Part shown: piece by piece, positions 23,950 to 36,327 of the stretch | How positions within the stretch are numbered: position 1 is the first letter of the stretch | Layout: each line of letters starts with the position of its first letter | DNA from: Macrostomum lignano | Lineage: Eukaryota | Direction: 5' to 3' | DNA length: 64,000 nt | Assembly: GCA_002269645.1 (NCBI GenBank) | Contig: NIVC01003776.1 | Span: 1 to 64,000, forward strand | Translations under genes and position numbers: made by a program | Notes under the pieces: generated by a model | The model's database searches: none | Told to the model about the DNA's origin: nothing | Seen by the model: only the letters and a program-made list of their open reading frames with translations

Positions 23950-26900
23950 ATGTGCTCCATAGAACCATGCTCCTTATTGCAACAGTCAAATTATGATTGC
24001 ATCATAATAGTTGGCGACAATCCATTGCATCTTGGCCAGAATTTGTCAGCATTTTCCAAAACAATTCAACAATATTGCGCTGTAAGTAGAACCAGTTACA
24101 TTACTCTTTTCATTACTAAAAATCGTGTTATATATGAAACACCCTGTTGTAGAAAAATTGTTCAATTATGTCGCCAAAATCGACAACCTTTGTGCCCTGC
24201 AGCGAGTCGGTCGCTCCAGCAGGCCGGCTGGTGTTCGCCCACACTGGGCCTTTGAATCGAGACTTTGATGACAGTCGCAGTCTCTATGATGCAGCCCAGC
24301 GCGGCATTGAACTGGCCATATCGGCTGGGTCGCGCTCACCCCTCCTGTGCCGAGCTTGGCTTGGCAGCCTGCCTAGCGATCAATGGTCGATGGATTTAAA
24401 TAACTTGGATCGCTGCATTGCACTTGGCGCTTTGCAGGCTGTATATTGCCCGTTGGAGGTGCGGGAAGCTACATGTAAGCTTTGAGTTAACGGTTGGAAT
24501 TTTCTACATGTATTTCCAGGTAAATTACAACAGAACTACATTAAGTCGCGACTTTCTTGGTTCTTGGTTCATCTGCACCTGTTTCTGTCTATTCTGTTGT
24601 CTTGTTATTTTATCTCTCTTCCTGGCCGCCTTCTTGAAATATTTGATTAGTGTTGAGGTGTCCTTGTCTTCTGGACTCTCATCTCACTGTCACTACTGTA
24701 AGGCGGTATAATAACTTCGATTATCAGTGTGAGAGCCAAATAACTGAGACGGCGGATTCGACAAACTTGTACTTATTTTTTACTATATTGTTAGTATATA
24801 GGATTGTCGGGCGAACTGATAGGTTCGATCTCTGTTGTAAGGAGGGGATCGGTTGTCCCTAAAGATACATTACTATTTCTCATTGGCTGAGGTTGGCGTC
24901 GTGTCCTCTGCTTTTGCTTGAATTGGAACGCATTGATTGGCTGGAAATGCATTCAAACTGTATGGGAACTTTCTGGGCCAAAATGTATTGCTTCATGTCG
25001 ATAGGCTCTTCAATAATGGCGCCTCTTTACTAAGACGCGCATTCCAAATTTCCAACCCCTCTTTTACACTTGCACTCAATCCCCTTCCGTTAGTTAACAT
25101 CTTATAAATATATCCATTTAGGCTCTGCGCCCTACTTACTGTTTGTTTTTGTTTTCCAACAATGATTAAATTGTTTACTTGCTTCTCTACATCATATTCT
25201 ACGATTCGTGGCTTTCATAATTATTAAAAGGCTAATAAATATTCCATGAGCTCACAGTTGCATATGGCTTGCTTGTTAATGTTAACTTGTTACAGTGTTC
25301 TGTCTATCTCATTTTCAATCAGTGCCTTGGTGATTGGGTGTGAACCGCACACTCTGTGACTTGATAGTTGGGTGTGAACCGCACACTGTGTCTTGGTGGT
25401 TGGGTGTGAACCGCACACTCTGTGCCTTGGTGATTGGGTGTGAACCGCACACTGTGTCTTGGTGGTTGGGTGTGAACCGCACACTCTGTGCCTTGGTGAT
25501 TGGGTGTGAACCGCACACTCACTGCATTGGTGATTGGGTGTGAACCGCACACTCAGTGTCTTGGTGATTGTGAACCGCACACTCAGTGACTCAGTGCCTT
25601 GGTGATTGTGAACCGCACACTCTGTGCCTTGGTGATTGGGTATGAACCGCACACTCAGATCATTGGTGATTGGGTGTGAACCGCACACTCTGTGCCTTGT
25701 TGGTTGGGTGTGAACCGCACACTCAGAGCATTGGTGATTGGGTGTGAACCGCACACTCACTGCATTGGTGATTGGGTGTGAACCGCACACTCAGTGCATT
25801 GGTGATTGGGTGTGAACCGCACACTCTGTGCCTTGTTGGTTGGGTGTGAACCGCACACTCAGTGCCTTGTTGGTTGGGTGTGAACCGCACACTTACTGCA
25901 TTGGTGATTGGGTGTGAACCGCACACTCAGTGCATTGGTGATTGGGTGTGAACCGCACACTCACTGCATTGGTGATTGGGTGTGAACCGCACACTCACTG
26001 CATTGGTGATTGGGTGTGAACCGCACACTCACTGCATTGGTGATTGGGTATGAACCGCACACTCAGTGCCTTAGTGATTGGGTATGAACCGCACACTCTG
26101 TGCCTTGTTGGTTGGGTGTGAACCGCACACTCAGTGCCTTGTTGGTTGGGTGTGAACCGCACACTCAGTGCCTTGTTGGTTGGGTGTGAACCGCACACTT
26201 ACTGCATTGGTGATTGGGTGTGAACCGCACACTCAGTGCATTGGTGATTGGGTGTGAACCGCACACTCACTGCATTGGTGATTGGGTGTGAACCGCACAC
26301 TCACTGCATTGGTGATTGGGTGTGAACCGCACACTCACTGCATTGGTGATTGGGTGTGAACCGCACACTCAGTGCCTTGTGATTGGGTATGAACCGCACA
26401 CTCTGTGCCTTGTGGTTGGGTGTGAACCGCACACTCACTGCCTTGTGGTTGGGTGTGAACCGCACACTCAGTGCATTGTTGGTTGGGTGTGAACCGCACA
26501 CTACTGCATTGTGATTGGGTGTGAACCGCACACTCAGTGCATTGGTGATTGGGTGTGAACCGCACACTCACTGCATTGGTGATTGGTGTGAACCGCACAC
26601 TCAGTGCATTGGTGATTGGGTGTGAACCGCACACTCACTGCATTGGTGATTGGGTGTGAACCGCACACTCTGCATTGGTGATTGGGTGTGAACCGCACAC
26701 TCACTGCATTGGTGATTGGGTGTGAACCGCACACTCACTGCATTGGTGATTGGGTGTGAACCGCACACTCTGTGCCTTGGTGGTTGGGTGTGAACCGCAC
26801 ACTCTGTGCCTTGGTGGTTGGGTGTGAACCGCACACTCACTGCATTGGTGATTGGGTGTGAACCGCACACTCACTGCATTGGTGATTGGGTGTGAACCGC

Positions 26901-29900
26901 ACACTAAGTGCATTAGTGATTGGGTATGAACCGCACACTCTGTGCCTTGGTGGTTGGGTGTGAACCGCACACTCAGTGCATTGGTGATTGGTGTGAACCG
27001 CACACTCAGTGCATTGGTGATTGGGTGTGAACTCTTAATGATTTTTAGAAAGAGAAGAATAATTTTTCAACTGGTTTTGCGCTCTTTGATTCAATCTTCG
27101 TGAGCAAAGCATCATGAAATTAGACGAAACAAATTGTGTAATTATATTTAGAGATTAAAAACACACGTATTTAAACAGGCAACAAAATGCAGCCCTGGTT
27201 AGCAGACTTGGCTACCTGGTTAATCAAGAAGACGATGCCACTGCAGCATTGGTGACTCAGCGATTCAACTTCATCCGAGCTCTGGAGTCCGGCCGCCAAC
27301 TTGCCAGAGACATTGGCGGCTCAGATCCGGAACGAATGTCGCCTGGTCGCATTGCGGATCGACTTGCGTCGGAATTTGGCGTCGTTAGCAACGGTCCAGT
27401 TGTCATGGAGATTGAAGAATCAATTAAGCCGGAGAAATATCCGTTAATGGCGGCTGTAGACAGAGGCAGCGTTGAGAGGCACCGTGGAAAGGTGGTACAC
27501 CTCACCTATGAGGGCGAGCTGAATAGTCTGGTAAATTATTAATTACAATACAATCTTTTCATAGCAACAAAAATTTATGCTGTCTTATAAGTTTGGCTGT
27601 TAAATCTGCTTTCATACTTGCGTTGCAGTGGGAGCTGATATGATAAGTCAGCTTCTACCCTCTCTCGGTCAGCTTCTACCCTCTCCCAGTCAGCTTCTAC
27701 CCTCTCTCGGTCAGCTTCTACCCTCTCCCAGTCAGCTTCTACCCTCACTCGGTCAGCTTCTACCCTCTCCCAGTCAGCTTCTACCCTCTCCCAGTCAGCT
27801 TCTACCCTCTCCCACTCAGCTTCTACCCTCTCCCAGTCAGCTTCTACCCTCTCCCATTCAGCTTCTACCCTCACTCGGTCAGCTTCTACCCTCTCCCATT
27901 CAGCTTCTACCCTCTCCCACTCAGCTTCTACCCTCTCCCAGTCAGATTCTACCCTCTCCCATTCAGCTTCTACCCTCACTCGGTCAGCTTCTACCCTCTC
28001 CCAGTCAGCTTCTACCCTCTCTCGGTCAGCTTCTACCCTCTCCCAGTCAGCTTCTACCCTCTCTCGGTCAGCTTCTACCCTCTCCCAGTCAGCTTCTACC
28101 CTCACTCGGTCAGCTTCTACCCTCTCCCAGTCAGCTTCTACCCTCTCCCAGTCAGCTTCTACCCTCTCCCACTCAGATTCTACCCTCTCCCATTCAGCTT
28201 CTACCCTCTCCCAGTCAGCTTCTACCCTCTCCCAGTCAGCTTCTACCCTCTCCCAGTCAGCTTCTACCCTCTCCCACTCAGCTTCTACCCTATCTCTGTC
28301 CGTCAGAAATGATTCGAAAGCAGCTCCCTGCTCCTCGCAACCATCCCACAGGCCGATGCCGCTGACTGCTCGCACGTGACACTCCTTCTAGCTGGCAAAG
28401 GCGTCACGTTCGATACTGGTGGACTGAGCCTAAAAACCGGTGGCAGCATGGTCGGCATGCACCGGGACAAGTGTGGTGCAGCAGCGGTTGCCGGCTTGTT
28501 CAGCCTGCTTGCCCAGCTGCGTCCGCCAAATCTGACGGCTCGCTGCAGCCTCGACCTGGTGCGAAACTCCATCGGGTCAGGGAGCTACTCGCCCGACGAG
28601 GTCATCGTCAGCCGGGCCGGTCGTCGAGTTCGCGTGGTGAACACCGACGCCGAAGGCAGAATGATTCTAGCTGATCTGCTGTGTCTGCAGCGTGAGCGAG
28701 CGTTGGAGCTTGCGGAACCGAGCAGAGCCAGGCTGTTTACCGTGGCGACCCTCACTGGCCACGCTGTGCTAGCCTACGGCCAGGGATATTCCATAGCGAT
28801 GGACAATGGGCCGGCAAGAAGGCTCGGAGTGGCCGCAAAGTTACAAGCTGCTGGCGATCTAATTGCCGATCCGTTTGAGGTGGAAATGCAAAGTCAATTT
28901 TTTATTCGTTAATTTTTTCTATTAGAGAAACTGCTCGCTGATTTGTTAAGAAGATAACTGATCGCTGATTGGTTAAGAAGAGAACTGATCGCTGATTGGT
29001 TAAGAAGAGAACTGATCGCTGATTGGTTAAGAAGAGAACTGATCGCTGATTGGTTAAGAAGAGAACTGATCGCTGATTGATTGAGAAGAGAACTGATCGC
29101 TGATTGGTTGAGAAGAGAACTGATCGCTGATTGGTTGAGAGGAAAAATGATCGCTAATTGGCTGACAACAGAGCTATATTCGACTACTTTATGAACCCTC
29201 GCTATTTAGATTTCCACTGTCAGACGCGAAGACTGGGACTTTGTTCGGTCATCAGGTCCATACGAGGAGCTACTGCAGTGCAATCCGCAACCCAGTGCAG
29301 CCACCCGCGTGGCCATCAATTTCCGGCCGCATTCTTTGCCGCAGCTTCCGGTTTAGATAAGGTACAGATATTGATTAGCGTAATAACTGAATTGCTTCGA
29401 CAGTATTGTAGTTATATAGTTGCAAAATCTTGAATTATAATTTGAATGTATATATGAAGCTACGGTCGGAATTCCAGTACTTCGTGTACTCGCTTGACCG
29501 TACGCTTAAGCGAGACGTTTTTAAATTGGGTAATTGACGTAAGTGGGCGTATATCAGATGTGTTTATTGTTAAACTTAGAAATTGGTAATAAATACCTCG
29601 TGTACTTTGGTTGCAAGTGTGGCAAATATTAATATATATTATATTACGTGCAGTCGTGGTCCTGCCGTTCAAGCTATGGTTTTATTATAATTATGCCTAG
29701 TGGATTTAACTGGTTTGATTTAGATAGTGGCTGCCTCCAGGTCCCTGATTTTCTCTAATTCTAGTACTTAGCGATCAAAGAATAAAAGAAGGAAACCAAA
29801 AATTTATTTACTAAAAGGATATAAAACCGGTAGCAGTCTTACTGTACCTAGTATTCCCCGACTTTATCCCCCGATGTTACCTCTTATTCTTTAAGTTCGA

Positions 29901-30609
29901 AGTTGGTTTCAAGACTAAAATTTGCTTGGAAAGGAACGACGTGTTTTCTCTCCTAACTGTAACTAACTAACTAGGTAAATCTGGCGCCTCAGCCATTGAG
30001 CAGGCTCTTACGCCACTAGAGATAATTTGGGTTCCTCTCTCATGCTTTCTCTCCTGCTTCACTTCACTTCACTTGATAAGTAATTCGGCGCCTCAGCCAA
30101 TGATTAGGCTCTTACGCCACTAGATAAATGAGTATTCCAGCTGGGGAGTGTACTTATGTACACTGAGATCCTAATTGGAGCTAAGAGGACTGTACAAAGG
30201 GCAAATGACAGATCAAAAACCTCCCCGAGGGACAGTGGCACGGGCTTCCTGACTGGTATGTTATAAGGATAGTTATAAGGAAGTCCCAATTCGCGATCTA
30301 ACTCCACCAAAATATTTTCCCTGGCTAGAACTACTGACAGTAGTTTAAAAGCATATCTGTTCTACTACATATGCATTTACCGGTATATAAAATAGTTTCG
30401 CAAATTAAAAAATCTGAGAAATTGTAAGTTTACAATCATTTATACCTTGTAAATTTCAGCACGGCACGGGCTCTAAAATTCCTCTGTCCTACACTCACAT
30501 CGACATTGCTGGCAGCGCCGGTCGAATGAAATCTACGCCGCCAACTGCCTCGCCTTTGCTGGCAGTCGCTATGCGCTACGTACTGCCTCGGTTGTCGCGC
30601 TGTGTTTGA
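23950..30609 (+). CDS. M17 leucyl aminopeptidase-family protein (W07G4.4-like clade), 6 exons, about 540 aa, with one apparent frameshift
   Basis: Exons on +: 23950-24081, 24153-24474, 27193(or 27179)-27530, 28352-28879, 29210-29361, 30460-30609. Motifs: ARDIGGSDPERM, GKGVTFDTGGLSLK, MHRDKCGAAAV, NTDAEGRM, ATLTGH, ISTVRREDW, RGHQFPAAF, YTHIDIAGS. One C is missing at about 29304-29306. Confidence 0.9.
25322..27030. repeat. ~34-bp minisatellite, aminopeptidase intron 2
   Basis: TGGGTGTGAACCGCACACTC(A/T)(G/C)TGC(A/C)TTGGTGAT units. Confidence 0.95.
27648..28290. repeat. 21-bp minisatellite, aminopeptidase intron 3
   Basis: (CAGCTTCTACCCTCTCCCAGT)n. Confidence 0.95.
28935..29160. repeat. 27-bp minisatellite, aminopeptidase intron 4
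   Basis: (GCTGATTGGTTAAGAAGAGAACTGATC)n. Confidence 0.95.
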
Positions 30610-31055
30610 TTGATCGTGTCAATACAGTATATACAGTATATATAGGATTTCAACTGGACCTATGTAGTTCCGTTCGTTTTAAAGTTAAATTTAATTCGAA
30701 TCCCCGCTAATAAGGAAATTGGTATAGTAAATCAGTATTTAAAACACTATTATAACTAAATTTAAATATCCGGAAGTGCATTCCATTAGCTATATGGTAA
30801 AGTCTTTCTTGAAATTCCAACGCCATTATTATAGACGAACTACATTCCTAATTGCAAAATGATTATTAGGAGCCAAAGTGATTTGCCATTTTAATTTACA
30901 AGTTAATTGGTTAATAACTATTTGTGCTTTGTTCAAAAATATATTGATTCAGCAAATTTCTGTTACACGACTTAAATTATATCGATTTATAATCCAAATT
31001 AGAGCCAAAATTTTTCGTTTCATTCGGAGTAATTTTTAGTTTAGTGTCTATTATA

Positions 31056-31571
31056 GCTTTTTGCGTTCTAGTTTGGACTGCGGGCTTTTAATTTGGACAC
31101 AGAGTTGAGCAAAGCCCAGAGAATGCTGGCTAGTCTATGGCACAAACCAGAAGCAACTGACGGGCTTTTAAATTCGACAGCGGGCACAAATTTGGACACA
31201 GAAGACAAGAAGATCAAAGTTAAGAACGACAGTAATCAGTTTTTGAGGGTAGGTTATGAATCTGTATATTTGACCCAAACATTGAACTTATCCAAACCGT
31301 TAGATACAATTTTCTAAAACTTTAAACTTTAAGACTCTTGCATTGTCAGAGCCTGTTTCTTCCTTCTAAAAAACTCGTGTACTTTGTGCTCTGGCTCAAG
31401 AAGAAATATGCAAGAGAAAGGGGAAGGAAAAGACTGTCCAAATTTGTGCCCGCTGTCGAATTTAAAAGCCCGTCAGTTGCTTCTGGCTTGTGCCATAGAC
31501 TAGCCAGCATTCTCTGGGCTTTGCTCAACTCTGTCCAAATTAACACCAGTCCAAACTAGAACGCAAAAAGC
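31056..31571. mobile_element. 516-bp MITE/foldback element with ~140-bp terminal inverted repeats
   Basis: 31056-31198 is the near-perfect reverse complement of 31435-31571 (one short indel). Both ends are flanked by TATA, so the TSD is TA or TATA. Confidence 0.85.
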
Positions 31572-32171
31572 TATATTAATTGTTATTATTTAATTTCTTT
31601 TTTGTTATTATTTTATCTATTGCCGCTAACCATTTTATACTCCACCAAATAATAAATCGTGGGCCCGTTATATAAAGCCTTTGCGTCGCGGTATCCTTAA
31701 GTTAATTTTAACTTACGTTGGCGCCGTGTCGTACCGGTAAATTTGCGTTCGGTGAAACTTTTGTAAGTCAGTTTGGCTTCTTAAGTTCCGCCGTTAATCT
31801 AGTAGGACAGGTCGGTCCTGTCGTAAGTCACTCTTTAGTTGCGAAAATGCACTTGTGCCGACTTCATTGAGTCAAAAACTTCGCATTTTACTGTATATTT
31901 TGAGTAAATTTAAATATTGAAAAAATTAAACACTAGCGAAAATTGTTACGCTCGTAATTTAAAGTTTGAGTTGCAAGAAAAACCAATTGTGTTAAAGTCA
32001 GGCACGGTGGGAGTAGCTCCATGATACGCTGCCTTTCTGCTCGACCAGCAGCGGTGTCTTCAGCCAGTCAGTGGCTTCATTTTCAGCAGTCGCTTCCATG
32101 GCTAGCGGCTGATGTTCAGGTGGAAGTGGAATGGCTCTGCAGGCTACGGCTAAATTGTGGAGCACGTAGCA

Positions 32172-32537
32172 TGCAACAATGATGTTGTACACCTGCAACA
32201 ATGATGTTGCACACATGCAACAATGATGTTGCACACATGCAACAATGATGTTGCACACATGCAACAATGATGTTAAGTTGTACACCTGCAACAATGATGT
32301 TGCACACCTGCAATTCAATGATGTTAAGTTGTACACCTGCAACAATGATGTTGCACACCTGCAATTCAATGATGTTAAGTTGTACACCTGCAACAATGAT
32401 GTTGCACACCTGCAATTCAATGATGTTAAGTTGTACACCTGAAACAATGATGTTGCACACCTGCAACAATGATGTTGCACACCTGCAACAATGATGTTAA
32501 GTTGTACACCTGCAACAATGATGTTGCACACATGCAA
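32172..32537. repeat. 22/33-bp minisatellite
   Basis: AATGATGTTGCACACCTGCAAC and AATGATGTTAAGTTGTACACCTGCAAC units. Confidence 0.9.
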
Positions 32538-34852
32538 CTGATGTGTTGTGCACTTTCACACAGTATCAGTGCACCTAGCCCTCCCAGCGGGTTGAGTCAT
32601 CCCTGTTTGCACCCATGTTGTTTTCGTTTGTTATCACCCCCCTTCGCGTATTCCGCAGCCAGAGGCTTAAGTCGGTTTGTTTTTACTGGTATGATTTTTC
32701 TCGCCCTGCGCTGCGATTGGTTGCGGCCAGCCCAGTAGTGTAGTGATTGGCTGACTCAAGGGGTTTGGTGCTGCCGGGCCCGCGCGGGGTGGTTGGCTGG
32801 GGGTTGGTGGGGTGGTGGGGTGGAGAGCGTGTACGTGGCCCTCCCCCTTCCACGGGCGTGCGCTATATTTAGCATCGCTCGCGGCGGGTTGGAGCGGTGT
32901 CCACCCTGCTCGGCTATCCCTCTCTCGAATTACTCCAAGTCACTTTAAGTCAATCAGCTCACTAGCTAGTCGGCTCCATATTGCCAAGGCTACGGCCATA
33001 CGACTGTTTCAAACAAAATAAACGAAATGGCGTCATTAGAAACGCTCGGATCGTGAGGACCTGAGGCATTCTGACAATTTCAAAAAATGCACGTGCTGAC
33101 GCTGCTGCTGCTTGCTGATTGATTGGAAACGAAATGCAAATGGGTGCCCAATTTCCCGATCACTGCAATCGAGAGAGAGGGTCAAGTCTGTCTTTAAAAA
33201 ATTGAAAAAAACAACACCTAGGTTATAAAAAGATAAAAATTAAATTGCCGGTTAAAGAGTTAGCTTTAGCGCAAAGTTTTTGTTGGACTATACTAGATCT
33301 TATTCGACTATGAAGGCGCGGTCTATGAAGTAATAATATAGATAGTCACTTAAATTAGTATACACATGGAAGCACCAGGAGCAAACTATTAGGCTTGCCA
33401 GGCTTTTAACCTTTTTCTTCGGTTCACTCGAAGTAAAACCATTGGAAATCTCTAGCCTTTTTAGTTATTCGTCTATAGGAGCGAAGCAGTGCTTGCGAAT
33501 TGCGAAGTTTCAAAGCAGTGTTTGCCGACAGCAGTAATTACAAAGCAAAACCGTTTTTGGGAAACGAGAAAAACAAGTGCTTACCTGAAATAAAACGTGT
33601 TGTCGAGTGAGGAAAGGACCAAATTGCCCAGTGCCAGGGGGAGAAGGGGAGGGAGTCACCCAGGGAAATTAAGGCGCGCTGCATAGACAGATCAGCGTGA
33701 TGCATCAGTGAGTTGTGACAGACTGTGACCCCGCTGAAGGAAGCCGGGAAACCTCTCTCGTCATTGGTAGCCCCGTCTTGGAACAGTAGTCAGCAGTCTC
33801 TTGCGGCTGGGTCACTAAATTGCTCAAGGACCACTAGAAGTTACCGTTGTATCAGGACGCAACACTCGCAAATATTGCAGAATTAGTTGAAGGCAAGCTT
33901 GTTTACCTGTATGTAGCGATGCTTGCCTTAAAAAAACCATTCTACTCGACTGTTCTAAAAAAGCCTGCACCACATTTGGGCCTCAGAAGCTCCAGAATGG
34001 GTGTATTTACAATTTAGTAAGGCTTTAATCTGGTAAATCTACATATTTAAAGTATTTATGCCATTATATACAACCTTGCAACTCGTTTAAAAGTTGCTAC
34101 GCTTTTATGTAGTCCTACTGCTACTAAATAGTTCAACAACGCATGAAAAATTTTTCAGATGGGCTTCTAATTAATTTACTAACAATGAAAAGTAGTTTAA
34201 CCAATAATTCCATAAGCTTCAGCTGTCTTGACAAAGTTATGGGCCTCAACCCTAGTATGAAATACTGCGTACTGCCTTTAATTTACTGTACGCCCGCCGC
34301 TTCTACATCTACTTCTACAAAAAAACAAAATTTTGAACAACCTGGCCAAAAAATTATCTTTCCAAGTGCATCCAGTCCGGAGTTTTTATGAGTATTTAAA
34401 GTTTAGCTGCAATGCAAACAAGCGGGCCTTCAAATAATTTTGCAATATTTGCCAGTGTTGCATCCTGATACAACGGTAACTTCTAGCGGTCCTTGGGGTT
34501 AAAATGCCGGCAAGGCGGTGCTAAAAGTCCTTTCTCATCAGAATCCTATATAGTCTATGGCCAGTCGGGGTGCCAACAGCCTCATTGAATTCCCGCGAAT
34601 CCAAATCGTCTATGGCCAGAGCCAGCTGACTCAGATGTACAGTTGCGTCTGTGACTGAGCCGAGCAACTCGGTCCCTTTTATACTACTGTTCCCAAGCCC
34701 AAAAATCTCTCAGAATTTCTGATTTCGTTGAGCTGGATTTGCCCTTTTAAAAAAACTTGACCACGCAGCACTAGGAGAAACAAGAAGCATTTCTTAACAA
34801 GCTTAATAAAAGGTTGCGGGGATCAGCTGACCTTATCTGCCTCGACTTGAGC

Positions 34853-36244
34853 ATGTTACGAACGGTTCTGCTTCTGTTCTGCATGAGCGCAGCCATCTAC
34901 GGCGCTCTGAGCTGCTCTTCCTCAAAGAAATGTGAGTAGCTTTTGTTGCTTTTGATTTGCGCTTTAGCTTGTGCGCATGCCCAGCTGCATTCAGGATAAT
35001 CCTGCCACTTTTCAGCTGAGCCTGATGCAGCTCCGGAAACCCAGGAAGACGCGAAAGAGGAGAGCGATTTAGGAAGTCCTGGTGAGATCCCAGACTAAAA
35101 GTTAAATAACAAATTTCTTACTTCAGTAGAGTAAAAAAATATTACTCCATTCCGTGACTGTCTAACAAATGAATTAACTTGCTAATTCCTGTCTTGACTG
35201 CTTCCACTTTACTCAGCATGTCAGAACAGTTCCCTCAGCATGTCAGAACAGTTCCCTCAGCATGTCAGAACAGTTCCCTCAGCATGTCAGAACAGTTCCC
35301 TCAGCATATCATAACAGTTCCCTCAGCATGTCAGCAGCATTCAGGATATACCTGCCACTTTTCAGCTCAGTCGGCTGCAGCTCCGGTAGTCAAGAAGGAT
35401 CCACCGAAAGACGAGAGCACTTCCGAAAATCCTGGTAGGACGCCAGATTTAGTGTTCAATTGCAAATTTCTTGCTTCGGTAGAGTCATTAAGCTGGTATA
35501 TAAACTGTCTCTATCAAACCATTTCAATTGTCTTCATTTCATTATTTACCCCACTTTGAAACAGATGCATTTTCCTCAGCATGTCAGAACAGTTTCCTCA
35601 GCATGTCAGAACAGTTCCCTCAGCATGTCAGAACAGTTCCCTCAGCATGTCAGAACAGTTCCCTCAGCATGTCAGAACAGTTCCCTCAGCATGTCAGAAC
35701 AGTTCCCTCAGCATGTCAGAACAGTTCCCTCAGCATGTCAGAACAGTTCCCTCAGCATGTCAGAACAGTTTCCTCAGCATGTCACAACAGTTCCCTCAGC
35801 ATGTCAGAACTTGTCATGTCATTTCTTACTTCAGTAGAGTAACTTCACCCTTGTCTGTGATCTGTCAATATCAAATCAATTTATCTCTTTTTCCTGCCTT
35901 ACTGATCCCTGCAGTTTTAGCGAGATGCGTATCATCTCCTGCGCAATATCCCACATCTGTGTTCAACAATTCAATTCAAATTTACATACTGCAGATCACA
36001 ATAGCAACTCATTTCAAGCACCTTCCGAGGCCAATGCGGCATTGCATATTACGGAAGAAAGGAGCACTCCGAGATCTCAAGGTGAGACATCAGCTGCAAA
36101 GTTGACTTTTTAGACTAGCAATTATCCCTTACTTCTGTGACCTTCACTTGATAAACATTTAGATCATTGAGCTGGTTATCTGTCTGTTCAGTATGAGAAA
36201 GTTTCAGTTCCATTGTAGCCCTTTGTACTTTTACTTTCGCGATT

Positions 36245-36327
<83 letters not shown>

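Noticed and set aside
24500-25030. Minus-strand Lys/Arg-rich frame in aminopeptidase intron 2 as a retroelement or nested gene
   Set aside because: About 55 codons bounded by stops, with no LTR, RT or other diagnostic motif.
25322-27030. CRISPR-like look: a constant TGGGTGTGAACCGCACACT core with variable intervening bases
   Set aside because: The variable parts are only about 14 bp and are point variants of one another, not unique spacers. There are no cas genes and the array sits in a spliceosomal intron.
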